Assembly (NCBI GenBank): GCA_963575745.1
Contig: CAUYUJ010000101.1
Location: forward strand, 1 to 64,000
Direction of reading: 5' to 3'
Origin: Prorocentrum cordatum
Lineage: Eukaryota
Length of the DNA stretch: 64,000 nt
In this document: positions 51,545-64,000 of the stretch, piece after piece
Position numbering within the stretch: position 1 is the first letter of the stretch
Layout: every line of letters begins with the position of its first letter
Notes under the pieces: model-generated
Database searches by the model: none
Told to the model about the DNA's origin: nothing
The model's input: the letters and a program-made list of their open reading frames with translations, nothing else
Translations under genes and position numbers: made by a program

Positions 51545-52500
51545 TGACGAAGTGGCGCTGGAATGCCGAGAATAATGTTTTGGCATGCTTCAAAGTCTTC
51601 AAACGATTGTCTTCCAACGACACAGGTCCCTCTGTGGAAGTGAACCGTTTTAGGGGGCTCTGAGGGGGAGCTTGGGGGGTTATTCCGACATCGTTGGTAA
51701 CTGTTGGGCTGACACTGGTCCTCCTCCTCCTCCTCCTCCTCCTCCTCCCCCTCCTCCTCTTCCTCCTCCTCCTCCTCCTCCTCCTCCTCCTCCTCCTCCC
51801 CTTTTTCCTATAAGTAATTTCTCCCTGTCGCACCCCGAGGCAAGTTTTTAGGGCGGTCTGGGCGTTTCGCCTGAGATTTCCTGACCATTTCTGACCCTGA
51901 AGCTTTAAATATGGCAACACCTTCATAGACGGAGGAAGGGTGGTTATCAAACTGTGGCTCTCGCCTTAGCGCCGCGCACATTCGCTTTAACACGTTGCAC
52001 GAGTGTCACGGGGTAAGGGCAGGTCGTTTTCAAAGTGTGGTTCCCGCATTCGTCTTAAACACTGCAACAGCTTCACGGATTGAGGACGGCTCCTTTTCAA
52101 AATGCTTATCTCGCCTTAGCGCCGCGCACATTCGTTGTAAAAATTGCAAGAGTTTCACGGAACCATGGCTGTTCCTTGCTCCGTTTCGAAAGTTGACTCT
52201 CGCCTTAGCGCCGCGCACATTCATTCCAAAAAGTTGTAAGGGTTCCGCGGGGTCCCATGATCGACGTGCCAGAAATGGTAGTATGAGGGCGCAACCGATA
52301 CGTTGACTCGGGGTGCTAAAGTCCCAGGACTAGCGTTCTGGCACGGTTCAGGGTCGTCAAGAAGCAAGCAACAGTCATGTTGATTCGTGGCGTTGAAATC
52401 CCGAGCAACAGTCATGTTGATTCGTGGCGTTGATTGTGAGGAGGGAGCTTGGGGACAGGGTGTATTCCCACATCGTTGGTGACCCGTGGATTTACAATGG
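51545..52500 (+). mobile_element. Family C: partial + near-full copy in tandem, each followed by (CCT)n
   Basis: Shares TTGTCTTCCAACGA..GTGGAARTGAACCGTT, CCTGTCGCAC.CCGAGGC and the internal CTCGCCTTAGCGCCGCGCACATTC repeats with 22140-22803. Confidence 0.7.
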
Positions 52501-52779
52501 TCCTCCTCCTCCTCCTCCGCCTCCTCTTCATGATCTTCGTCCTCCTCCTCCTCCTCCTCCTGCTGCTTCTCCCCCTGCTCCTTCTCCTCGTCCTCCTCCT
52601 CTTCCTCCTCCTCTTCCTCCTCCCCCTCTTATCGTTATTCGTCTTAGTAATACTGCTAATGTTAATTCTCATTCCCAACCCTCCTTGGTTGGGTATTCGT
52701 TTTGAATAGAGGGGTGTGGTCGCGTCCTTCTCCTCCCGCCCCCCCTGTGGTCGCCGTCCCTGGGGGGCTACGACCTGCG

Positions 52780-54490
52780 GGGGCTGCGATCTGCGAAACT
52801 GTCGCCACTTTCGAGGGCTGCCGGGGAGGCCAGCAGAGAGGGCACTCACCGCGGACCCAAACGGGACCTCGCCGTCCCTGGGGGGCTGCGACCTGTGAAA
52901 CTGTCGCCACTTTCGAGGGCTGCTGGGGAGGCCAGCAGAGAGGGCATTCACCGCGGACCCAAACGGGACCTCGCCGTCCCTGGGGGGCTGCGATCTGCGA
53001 AACTGTCGCCACTTTCGAGGGCTGCTGGGGAGGCCAGCAGAGAGGGCACCCACCGCGGACCCAAACGGCACCTCGCCGTTACTGGGGGGCTGCGATCCGC
53101 GAAACTGTCGCCACTTTCGAGGGCTACTGGGGAGGCCAGCAGAGAGGGCACTCACCGCAGACCCAAACGGGACCTCGCCGTCCCTGGGGGGCTGCGATCC
53201 GCGAAACTGTCGCCACGTTCGAGGGCTGCTAGGGAGGCCAACAGAGAGGGTACTCACTGCGGACCCAAACGGGACCTCGCCGTCCCTGGGGGCTGCGATC
53301 TGCGAAACTGTCGCCACTTTCGAGTGCTGTTGGGGAGGCCAGCAGAGAGGGCACCCACCGCGGACCCAAACTGGACCTCGCCGTCCCTGGGGGGATGCGA
53401 TCTGCGAAACTGTCGCCACTTTCGAGGGCTGCTGGGGAGGCCAGCAGAGAGGGTACTCACCGCGGACCCAAACGGGACCTCGCCGTCCCTGGGGGGCTGC
53501 GATCTGCGAAACTGTTGCCACTTTCGAGGGCTGCTGGGGAGGCCAGCAGAGAGGGCACTCACCGCGGACCCAAACGGGACCTCGCCGTCCCTGGGGGGCT
53601 GCGATCTGCGAAACTGTGGCCACTTTCGAGGGCTGCTGGGGGGGCCAACAGAGAGGGCACTCACCGCGCACCCAAACGGGACCTCGCCGTTCCTGGGGGG
53701 CTGCGATCTGCGAAACTGTTGCCACTTTCGAGGGCTGCTAGGGAGGCCAGCAGAGAGGGCACTCATCGCGGACCCAAACTGGACCTCGCCGTCCCTGGGG
53801 GGCTGCGATCTGCAAAACTGTCGCTAATTTCGAAGGCTGCTGGGGAGGCCAGCAGAGAGGGTACCCACCGTGGACCCAAACGGGACCTCGCCGTCCCTGG
53901 AGGGGCTGCGATCCGCGAAACTGTCGCCACGTTCGAGGGCTGCTGGGGAGGCCAACAGAGAGGGCACTCACCGCGGACCCTAACGGAACCTCGCCGTCCC
54001 TGGGGGGCTGAGATCTGCGAAACTGTCGCCACTTTCGAGGGCTGCTGGTGGGTCCTGCGGAGTGAGGCACCGCGCGGATCTGAGTGGGACCTCGCCGCCA
54101 CTGGGGGGCTGCGATCTGCGAAACTGTCGCCACTTTCGAGGGCTGCTGTTGGGTCCTGCGGAGTGAGGCACCGCGCGGACCTGAGCGTGACCTCGCCGTC
54201 CCTGGGGGGCTGCGATCTGCGAAACTGTCGCAACTTTCGAAGGCTGATGGTGGGTCCTGCGGAGTGAGGCACCGCGCGGACCCAAACGGGACCTCGCCGT
54301 TCCTGGGGGCTGCGATCTGCGAAACTGTCGCCACGTTCGAAGGATGCTGGTGGGTCCTGCGGAATAAAGCACCGCGCGGACCTGAGCGGGACCTCGCCGT
54401 CCCTAGGGGGCTGCGATCTGCAAAACTGTCGCCACTTTCGAGGGCTGCTGGTGGGTCCAGCGGAGCGAGGCACCAGGCAGATCTGAGCGG
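52780..54490 (-). repeat. Tandem array of ~102-bp units (~17 copies), same family as 12455-14790 in opposite orientation
   Basis: GGGCTGCGATCTGCGAAACTGTCGCCACTTTCGAGGGCTGCTGG recurs every ~102 bp and is the reverse complement of the first array's core. Confidence 0.97.
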
Positions 54491-54615
54491 GGCATGGCAA
54501 GCCATGGGTGGCTGCGAGCCTCACGAATGCCGCTCGCAGAAGTATATGCGCCCATGTCACGTCATCACCTCTGTAGAACGACTCCCAAGCTACTCATGCC
54601 CCGCATTGCGCAGGG

Positions 54616-54715
54616 NNNNNNNNNNNNNNNNNNNNNNNNNNNNNNNNNNNNNNNNNNNNNNNNNNNNNNNNNNNNNNNNNNNNNNNNNNNNNNNNNNNNN
54701 NNNNNNNNNNNNNNN
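54616..54715. other. Assembly gap (100 N)
   Basis: Run of 100 n. Confidence 1.
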
Positions 54716-54797
54716 CTACTACGACTACGACTACTACTACTACTACTACGACTACTACTACTACTACTACTACGACTACTACTACTACTACTACACG

Positions 54798-54835
<38 letters not shown>

Positions 54836-54836
54836 A

Positions 54837-54886
<50 letters not shown>

Positions 54887-54920
54887 CACTATTACCACTA
54901 CTACTACTACTACTACTACT

Positions 54921-54991
<71 letters not shown>

Positions 54992-55532
54992 TACTACGAC
55001 TACTCCTTCTGTTCCTACTCCTCCTCTTCCTCCACCTCCTCCTCCTCCTTCTCCTCCTCCTCCTCCCCTCCTCCTTCTCCTCCTCCTCCTCCTCTTCCTC
55101 CTCCTCCTCCTCTTCCTCTTCCCCCCCCTCCTTCTCCTCCTCCCTCCTCCTTCATCTTCTGCTCCGACGCCCTCCGACCCACCACCACCACCACCACCCC
55201 CACCATCGCGCTGCTGCCGCCGCCACCGCCGCAGCCACCACCGACGCCGCCGCCGCCACCGCCGCCACCGCCGCCGCAGGCGGCGAGGGCAACGTGCGGT
55301 GGCCTGCCCGCTGCGGGTGCAGGCCGGGGCCTGCTGGCACGCTCCTCGCGCACGCGCGGGCCGCCGAGCGCCCCCCTCCCCCCTCCGCCGAAGGCCGCGC
55401 AGCCTCGGCGGCGGCGGCGCCGTCGCCGTCGGCGCCGGCGGAGGGAGAGGAAGGGAGGAAGGGGGAAGAGAGGGGAGGAGGGGGAGAAGAGGCAGGGGGG
55501 GGCGGGGGACGGGGGAGGGGGTGGGGGAGGGG

Positions 55533-58010
55533 GCAAGCCAGGTGCGCTAGCGTCACATCTGACGTCCTACCCCTCCCTCCCGTCCCTTACCACGGCGTCG
55601 ATCTCTCATCTATTCGCACAGTCGGATGTCGAGCAGGGCCATGATCCCAGTAGGGTACGCGATGGATGGGCAAGCATGGCGTAGAAGAGCATGGCTGGGC
55701 ATAGCATGTCATGGCATGGCGTGGAATTGCGTAGTGAAGCATTGCGTCACAAAGCATAGCAACGCAAAGTATGGCATCGCACAGCGGTACACAACACAGC
55801 ATCGCATTGCATGCCGTGGCATGGCACTGGAATGATTTGGAGGGTAAGTGGCCCGTCTACGAGAGGACAAGGCCTGTCTGGAATGCTGGCTCCATGTCCT
55901 CCGCAAGCGTGCCTGCCCGATGTGGACGCTTTCGAATGCCAAGTGCCGTCCGGATGCGCGGGAACGAGATCAGCGCTGAAGCGACAGCACGATTTTGAAT
56001 GACCGAAACGCGGAAACGAGAGCGGCGCTACAGCGGGAGCACCGTTTTGGAAGAACCAGAAACGACCAGATCGAAAAAAAAACATGGGAAAAACAAACAA
56101 TGGAATCCAGGGTGGAAAAAACAATACGCGGAGAGCACGGGACACTCTCTCGACAGAGTCCAGATATTCATATCGTGTATTTGTAGAGGGGGGAGGGGGG
56201 GAGGAGGAAGGGGGAGGTGGGGGAAGGGGAGAGGGAGGAGCAGGAGGCGGGTCGAGGGTTTGGTGTTGGATACCGTCGAGGCACCGCGCAATCGGCTGCC
56301 GAGCAAAAAGGGGGAAGGGGGGAGAAAAAAGAGAGAGGAGACAGGGGAGATGGACGTGGAGGAGGAGCCCCACTTCGCTTCCCCCTCCCCTTCACCCCTA
56401 TCCCCGCCACCCAAAACTCATCTCATGCCCTCCACCCTTCCTCCTTTTGCTGTCGCAGGGGGAGGGAGCGGGGGAGAGGGCAAGCCAGGTGCGCTCGCGC
56501 CATATCAGACATCCTACCCCGCCCTCCCATCCCTTTCCATTGCGCTGTTTGTTGTCTATCCGCCGACGCGTGTCATAGCCGACCTGGAAATCTAAGCAAG
56601 ACCCCATCGTGTTGTGCGCAATGAAAAAAAAGGAGCTGCGTACTTAAGAGGAGAAGGAGGAGGAGGTGGCGGGTGAGCAGGAGGATGAGCAGGAGGAAAA
56701 GGAGGAGGAGGAAGGAGAAAGACGAGGTCGAGCAGCAGCAGCAGCAGGAAATGGAGTGGAAGGAGTGGGAGGAGCAGAAGGACCAGGGAAAGACCGAGAA
56801 GGGAAAATAACGAAATGACAGGGCGCTGACGATGAAAAACGATTCGGAACCAAAAAAATTGTACGCGCCGAAGCGAGAGCGCCATTCTGAACGACGGGGT
56901 CACAGAACCGATCCAAACATTAGGCCCACGCTACAGCGGGAGCACCGTCTTGAAACACCGAAAACAGTAGGAGTGCAAAAACACAAAACGCATCCGGAAT
57001 ATCAAGGGCTGAAATCCGATGTAACAGAACCATGCGCGGAGAGGGCCGAACATTTGCCGCACAGAATCCGGGGAGAGGGGAGATTAGCATTCATAATGTG
57101 CAGTCGTAGAATGGGAGGGGGTGTAGATCGGCGGCGAGCGAGGAGGGGAAGTGAGAAGGAGAAGGCCTTCTCAGAGGGCGGCGGGGCTTCTCGGAAGTCC
57201 CCACGCCTTCTGAGAAGTGTTCGGTGTTTTCGGGGAAGGCTAAGGAAACTACTCCGAAGGCCCGGGGACTCCCGAGCCTTCTGAGAAGCCCCGCCCCTCC
57301 TCACATCCAACTCGGCCTCGCCGCCGAGCGGAGAGGGAGGGAGGGAGGGAAGGGGAAGGGGGGGGGGGGGGGGGGGAGGGGGAGGGGGAGGGGGGAGGGG
57401 GAGGGGGAGGGGAGGGGAGGGGGAGGGGGAGGGGGAGAGGGAGGACAAGCTAGGTGCGCTCGCGTCATATCTGACATCCTACCCCTCCCTCCCATCCCTT
57501 ACCAAGGCGTAGATCCCCTCTCTACTCGCACAGTCGGATAACGAGCAGGGCAATGATCCCGAAAGGGTACGCGATGCATTGTAGAACACGGCATGGCATG
57601 GGGTAGAAGAGCACCGCAAAGCGCAGTATCAACCTAGCATTGCATTGCATTGCATGCCGTGGCATGGCACGGGAAATGACGCCAGCGCTGCAGCGGGAGC
57701 ACGAGTCGGAACGAGCGGAAGCGCGGAAATGACGCCAGCGCTGCAGCGGGAGCACGAGTCGGAACGAGCGGAAGCACGGAAATGAGGCCAGCGCTGCAGC
57801 GGGAGCACGATTCGAAACGAGCGGGGCCCGAAAATGAGGCCAGCGCCTCAGCGGGAGCAGCATTTTTCTGGAAAAAAATGCAGGCGGAAACCCAACTCCG
57901 GGGAATCCTGCGGGCAAGAAAACAGTACGCGGGGGGGGGGGGCTGATACTTTCAAACCGTCCTCAGGGGAAGAGGGAGAGTAGCATTCAGATTGAGTAAT
58001 TGCAGAGAGG
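55533..58010 (+). repeat. Cluster of three family-A-related copies
   Basis: The start motif CAAGC(C/T)AGGTGCGCT.GCG recurs at ~55533, ~56480 and ~57445. The first and third copies share a (GCATG/GCATA)n segment. Confidence 0.8.
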
Positions 58011-59435
58011 GGAGGGTGGGAGAAGAGAGGGCGAGAGGGGCGGGAAGAGGGGAAGAGGAGGGGACTTTTGATTTGCGCGCGGGTGATCGTCTGCCGAACA
58101 CTCCTGCCCGTGGCGCCGAAACGACGAGCGAGGTGCCCGAAGAAGGGCCGAAAGAAGCGAGGGACGGACCAGGAACGGGAGAGGAGCGAGGGGGGGGGGA
58201 GCTCCGCCGGCGGGGCCCGCCTCGGGCGCGGGCCCCGCCTCGGGGCGCCGCCGCGCTGCCGCTCGCGGGGCGGAGGCGGGGAGCGCAGCGCGGCGGGGCG
58301 GAGGGGCAGCAGCTCAGCCCGCGAGGGCTCGAGCGCGGCCCGGGCAGCACACGCCCCAGACCCCCTCGAGTTATGAAAAAAACACGACGGGAGGTTTTCC
58401 ATTATTTTTGGCATATGGGGGCCCTTACCGGCCCTCGGGACTGGCAAAAAACGACTCAGGACGAAGAACCGGTCCCGGGGAAGGGGTCCAGACCGTTGGG
58501 GGTCGACGTCATGAAAAATTCATGACGTCGGGGGTCTGGGGCGCGAGGCCTCGAGAGCCCGAGCGGGCGGGGGCGGGGGAGGCTGGCTCCCTCCACGGGG
58601 GCCGTGGCCCCCGCTGCTGCCGCAGAGATCCGCTCTTGTCGGGTCGAGGAAGAGAAAAAAAAAAGGATACCGGACCAGAGGGCTAGAGGGGTACAGCACA
58701 GGGCTATAGGGCTTTAGGGCTGTAGGGCTATAAGGCTATCAGGCAAAAGGGCTATAGGGCTATGGGGCCACCGGGCACGCGGGCACCTGGGCACCCGGGC
58801 ATTCGGGCCGGCCACCGAAATCGGCGACGCACCTCACCTAACCATATGAATCCGCCAGGACCCCTACAGAGGCAAGCTCTGACTGGGGAAGAAAAAAAAA
58901 AAAAGAAGAAGCACAAAGCAAAACAAAACAAAAAACAGCGCGGCGAGACGTCCGCCTGGTCTTTCCCGTCCCTCCTCCTCCTCCTCCTCCTCCTCCTCCT
59001 CCTCCTCCTTCCTCCTCCTCCTCCTCCTCCTCCTCCTCCTCCTCCCCCCTCCTCCCCCCTCCTCCTCCGCCTCCTCCTCCTCCGCCTCCTCCTCCGCCTC
59101 CTCCTAATCCTCCTAAGCCTCCTCCTCCGCCGCCTCCTCCTGCTCCTCCTCCTCCGCCTGATCGTGCCCCGCTGGAGGTCTATCTCTGAAGATCTCCAGA
59201 GGTCGCCAGAGCAGAGCTCCCGGAGGCCTCCAGGCCGAAGAGCGCCCGAAACCATCGACCCTGGACCTCGATCCTCCCTCCCCTTCCTCTTCCTCATCCT
59301 TCTCCGACGCCGAGGCCGATGCGGACACCGATCACGACAACGACCACGGCCACGGCCTCGCCGCCGACCCGATGCCGACGCCGACGACGACGCCGACGCG
59401 AACGACGACGCCGACGCCGACGCCGACGCCGACGA

Positions 59436-59494
<59 letters not shown>

Positions 59495-59509
59495 ACGACG
59501 ACGACGAAA

Positions 59510-59546
<37 letters not shown>

Positions 59547-59770
59547 CGACGACGACGCCGACGCCGACGACGACGACGACGACGACGACGGCCACGACGG
59601 CGACGGCCACGACGGGGGCCGCGGCGGTGGCGGCGCGCGCCGCGGCGGCCGGGCGGCAGGGCGGGGGCACTCCCGGCCCGCGACACCGAGGGCGACGAGG
59701 GCGGCAGGGTGGGCGGCCCGGAGAGGCCTGCGCGGCGGCGACTGGGCGCAGCCGGCGGGGCGCAGCCGGC

Positions 59771-59865
<95 letters not shown>

Positions 59866-60014
59866 CGACGACGACGACGATGACGACGACGACGCTGGCT
59901 GTGGCGGCGGCGACAGCCGCGGCAGCGAGGGCGGAGGGAGGAGGGAGGAGTGAGGAGCAAGAGTGAAAGAGAGAGAGAGAGAGAGAAAGAGGCGGGAGGT
60001 AGAGATGAGGGAGG

Positions 60015-60570
60015 GACAAGTTAGGTGCGCTCGCGCCTCATCTGACATCCTCTCGCTCCCTCCCATGCCTTCCCATGGCGCTGACTCTTCATCATCCGCG
60101 GACGCGTGTCGGAGCCGACCTGCGACGCCCACAGAAAAACCAACTCGTGGCATGAACAATCGGAAAAAGGGCAGCTTCGTGCACAGGAGGAGGAGATGGC
60201 GGGTGAGCAGGAGGACGAGCGGGAGAAAAAGGGTGAGGACAAACAGCAGCACCAGCAGCAGGAACGAAAGGGGAATGAGGGGGGCGACAACGATGAACGA
60301 AAGACTCGGAGTCAGAAAAGTGGCCCCGGCTGGGGCGAGACGAACGGCGGCAGCTGGAGCTGGAGTGGAAGGAGCGGGAGGAACAGGAGGACCAGGGGAA
60401 GGTGGAGGAGGGGACATGAGGGGGGGACCATAGAAGCTAGACTCGGATCCAGAAAAGTGGCCCGCGCTGGGGCGAGAGCGCCATTCCGAACGACGGGAGC
60501 AAAGCGCCGATTCGAAAATGAGGCCAAAGCTGCAGCGGGAGCACCCTTGTAAAACACCGAAAACGATAGG
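60015..60570 (+). repeat. Family A copy
   Basis: Collinear with 1870-2490. Confidence 0.85.
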
Positions 60571-61284
60571 ATTCCCCTAAGAAGCCTATTTCTGACATCC
60601 TATTCAAAAAAATGTTTCATCTATGAAAAAGTCGGAGGGGGGGCAACTGTGTAATTGTTAGCTGTGGAGAGAGCAAGGAGGGAGGGAGGGAGGGTGGGAA
60701 GGAGGGAGGAAGGAAGGGAGGGAGGGGGAAGGAGGGAGGCGGGGAGGAGGGAGGGAGCGAGGAGCGAGGAGGGAGGAGGCAGGCAACGAAGAGCGAGAAC
60801 CAGACTGCACACGCCGAGGGAGCAGCAGCAAGACAACAAACCAAGCCAGGGCACCGAACAGTGAGACAACGAACCAAGGCGCCACAGGGGCCCCGTCGAC
60901 CGAAGGAACGACCTCATTGGGATGGGAGCACGAAGGGGAGCCTAAGCCGAGGGGCCGACCGAGACATGGCCGAGCGGGGCCGACAGCCACCCCGCGGGAG
61001 GGTCGCGAGCACGCCTCGCTGTCCTTGCCCGCCCCAACGAGCTTGAGAAAGGGCTCTGCATCAGAGGGCTCCCTCGCCCAGGCCCGCGGCCGCCCCACGC
61101 CGAAGCGGGAGAACAGAAACGGCACTTCGCGCGTGACAGGGCACTTCTAGACCTCGCTCGTCGCGCTTCCCCCCACAAAGGGCGGAGTCTGGCCCTCAGC
61201 CGCTCTATACCTGCGCATCTGCTCGACCACAGCCGCGCCGACGACGACGACGACCACCACCACGAGGACGACGAGGACGACGAG

Positions 61285-61349
<65 letters not shown>

Positions 61350-61379
61350 CGACGGACGACGGCGACGGCGACGGCGACT

Positions 61380-61414
<35 letters not shown>

Positions 61415-61435
61415 TGACGACGACTGACGTCGACG

Positions 61436-61500
<65 letters not shown>

Positions 61501-61519
61501 TACGACGACGACGACGACG

Positions 61520-61551
<32 letters not shown>

Positions 61552-62989
61552 CACCACCACGACGTCCACGACGACGACGACCACCGCCACCACCGCCAGA
61601 CCGAGACCGCAACAAGAAACCACGACGACGGCCGCGCCGATGGGCGACGGCGACGGCGGCGACGGCGACGAGCACCCCGAGGGGCCGCCTTCGGCAACCG
61701 CGAGCGCCTGCGGCCCCTGCGCCTGCCCGGCGGGGGGCGGCGGGCGCCCGCCCCGCCCGCGGCGCCGCCCGCGGCGGAGGGCCCCCCCCCGGCGGCGGCC
61801 GGAGCGCCAGAGCGCGGCGGCGCCGCGGCCGCCGGCGCGCGGGGCGGCGGACGAGGACGAGGACACGACGCGGGCGAGGAGAGATCTCGAGTGGGAGGTC
61901 GGTGTTCTCCCGCGCGGGAGACATCTCGAGTGGGAGGCCGTCTTTTTCTCGAGCGGGAGACATCTCGAGCGGGAGGTCGTGTTGTTTTCTGTTCCTTTCC
62001 CGCGAAGCAACCCGCCCGCCCCCCGATCTCGTTCCCCGCAGTGCACACGGCAGCGAGGCTGCGCTGCAGCGTCGGGCAGAGGGATGGCACGAGGGCCCCC
62101 GCACTCCTCCTCCTCCTCCTCCTCCTCCTCCTCCTCTCCTCCTCCTCCTCCTCCTCTCCTCCTCCTCCTCCTCCTCCTCCTCCTCCTCCTCCTCCTCCTC
62201 CTCCTCCTCCTCCTCCTCCTCCTCCTCGAGGCCCTCCGTCGGCCGAAGCAGACAGGGCATCCAAGGAGACCCCCCTCGGGATGCGCAGGAGCATCCAGCA
62301 GGCGCGAAGAGCACCAGGGCACCCTCCCTGAACCGACCTCGATCTCATACCTCGGTCCGACTGTGCAAAAGTGATGGGCCCAAAAATGAATACCTGTCCC
62401 GCCGACATGCGACGCCTCTGCTGAGCAGCCCACGCATTTGGGATAGATTCGACGGGGAAATGAATTCTGGGGTAAACCAATGTTGTAGTCGATCCCCTAC
62501 TCGAAAATCGAGAATCTCTGAGACCTGGCGGCTCTCGAGGATGTCTCGGGCGCCGCGGCCTTCGCAGAGCGTTCCGGAGCGCCCTGAGAGCGCTCGGAAA
62601 CGCTCCAGAGCGGATCCGTCCTCGTCGTGGCCCCCTCCGTGGCGGCCGCCGGCGACGGCGGCGGCGGCGGCGACGGCGCCGGACACGGCGGCGGCGGCGG
62701 CGGCGGCGGAGTGCGGAGATGTCGATGAGGCCTACGACGCCTCAGAGCCTGGCGTGCGTTGCCATTTCTTCGCCACGGGCGTCTTCGCCCAATTTTGGGG
62801 CCCGGGGGCCCCACAGATCGATCCGGGGAGTGCTGTCCGAAGCCTCCTTCGAGTTTCGGGGCCCGGGGTGCTTTCCACGAGCCGCGCCTCGTCGAGATCG
62901 TTCGGGGGGCGCCCGAATCGTCCAAGAAGGCCGCATGAGGCCCGAGTTATGGCCCGAAGGCCAACTGGTGAAAGAAGAGGGGAGGGGAC

Positions 62990-63850
62990 AGGCTAAGCGC
63001 GCTTCCGCCATGTTTGACACCCTGCCCCTCCCACCCATCGCTTCCCACTGCGATGATGTTTTCTTCGATGCGCGGACGCATGTCACAGCGGGCCTGGAAC
63101 TCCCAAGAAGACCCTATCCTGTTGTGCACAATCGGGGACAGGAGTTGCGTACGTAAGAGGACGGGGACAAGGAGGAGGTGGAGGATGAGCAGGAGGATGA
63201 ACAGGAGGAAAAGGAAGATGACACAGGAGGAGGACAAAGACGAACAGAAGCAGCGGGAACTGGAGCAGACTGAGCGGGAGGAGTCGGAGGAGGACGACCG
63301 GGGGAAGGCGGAGGAGGGGAAGTGGTGGGGGCGATAACGATGAGGAAGGACTCGGCTTCCGTCAAGTGGCCTGCGCTGGGGCGAGAGCACCGTGATGACC
63401 GGCGGGGGGCACAGCGCCGATCCCAAAATGAGGCCCACGCCGCAGCGGCAGCACCACAGGAAAGGCCAAGTCGTGAAATCCGGGGGAAAAAAGAAGTGCG
63501 CAGAGGGGGGCGGGCTGCTCACTGGCCATCTTCGGGAGATGGAAGAGAGCAGTACTCAGATTGAGTAACTGCGGGTGACAGGGAGGGGGGAGGAGGGAGG
63601 GGGAGGGACGAGAGAGGTGGGAGGAGGGAGGAGAAGGAGGAGGAGGAGGAGGACGACGACGACGACGACAACGACGAGCAGCAGCAATGGGAACTGGAGT
63701 GGAAGGAGTGGGAGGAGTCGGAGGAGGACCAGGGGAAGGCGGAGGAGGGGAGATGGGGGCGACAACGATGAGGAAGGACTCGGATCCAGAAAAGTATCCC
63801 GCGCTGGGGCGAGAGCGCCATTCTGGACGACGGGTGCAAAGCACAAATGA
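62990..63850 (+). repeat. Family A copy plus partial second copy
   Basis: Diverged start motif and two GCGCTGGGGCGAGAGC..C blocks. Confidence 0.75.
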
Positions 63851-64000
63851 TACGCATGTACGTATATATTCCATAAACAAGCAAGCAAGCAAGCAAGCAA
63901 GACAGCAAGCAAACAAACAAACAAACAAACAAACCAGCATAAAAAAAACGACAAGCAAATGTAGCGGCAGCACCATATATATAATGTAATGTCATATCAT

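Noticed and set aside
52412..54560. ORFs with 34-aa repeats suggesting TPR/PPR/ankyrin proteins
   Set aside because: The period comes from the 102-bp DNA unit. Frames shift between units, several frames are equally open, and no helical-repeat consensus is present.
54084..55684. ORFs spanning the N run
   Set aside because: Artefacts of the assembly gap and flanking microsatellites.

Overview
This is repeat-dense, GC-rich eukaryotic DNA from a dinoflagellate. The evidence is a near-canonical dinoflagellate spliced leader (SL) at 37913-37933 on the minus strand; a Prorocentrum-like source is only an inference from the repeat landscape. Most ORFs in the track are artefacts of microsatellites ((GAG)n, (GTA)n, (GAC)n, (CAT)n, (AAC)n) and satellites. 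Supportable content: (1) an apparently full-length ~6.2-kb minus-strand LINE (coiled-coil ORF1; ORF2 with APE endonuclease, RT and CCHC knuckle). It starts with a relic SL, has no poly(A) tail and sits inside a (TCC)n microsatellite with a candidate 28-31-bp target-site duplication. (2) A minus-strand gene for a putative secreted or anchored glycosyltransferase-like protein (2688-4031) whose first intron is a TIR-bearing introner-like element. (3) A decayed second LINE RT fragment and a frameshifted PPR motif. (4) Several MITE/SINE-like dispersed repeat families, two oppositely oriented ~101-bp tandem arrays sharing a hairpin terminus, and other satellites. (5) Low-confidence, scattered minus-strand candidate exons. 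(6) A 100-N assembly gap. The most interesting hypothesis is a promoter-independent, (TCC)n-associated LINE/SINE system that uses host SL trans-splicing to regenerate its 5' end.
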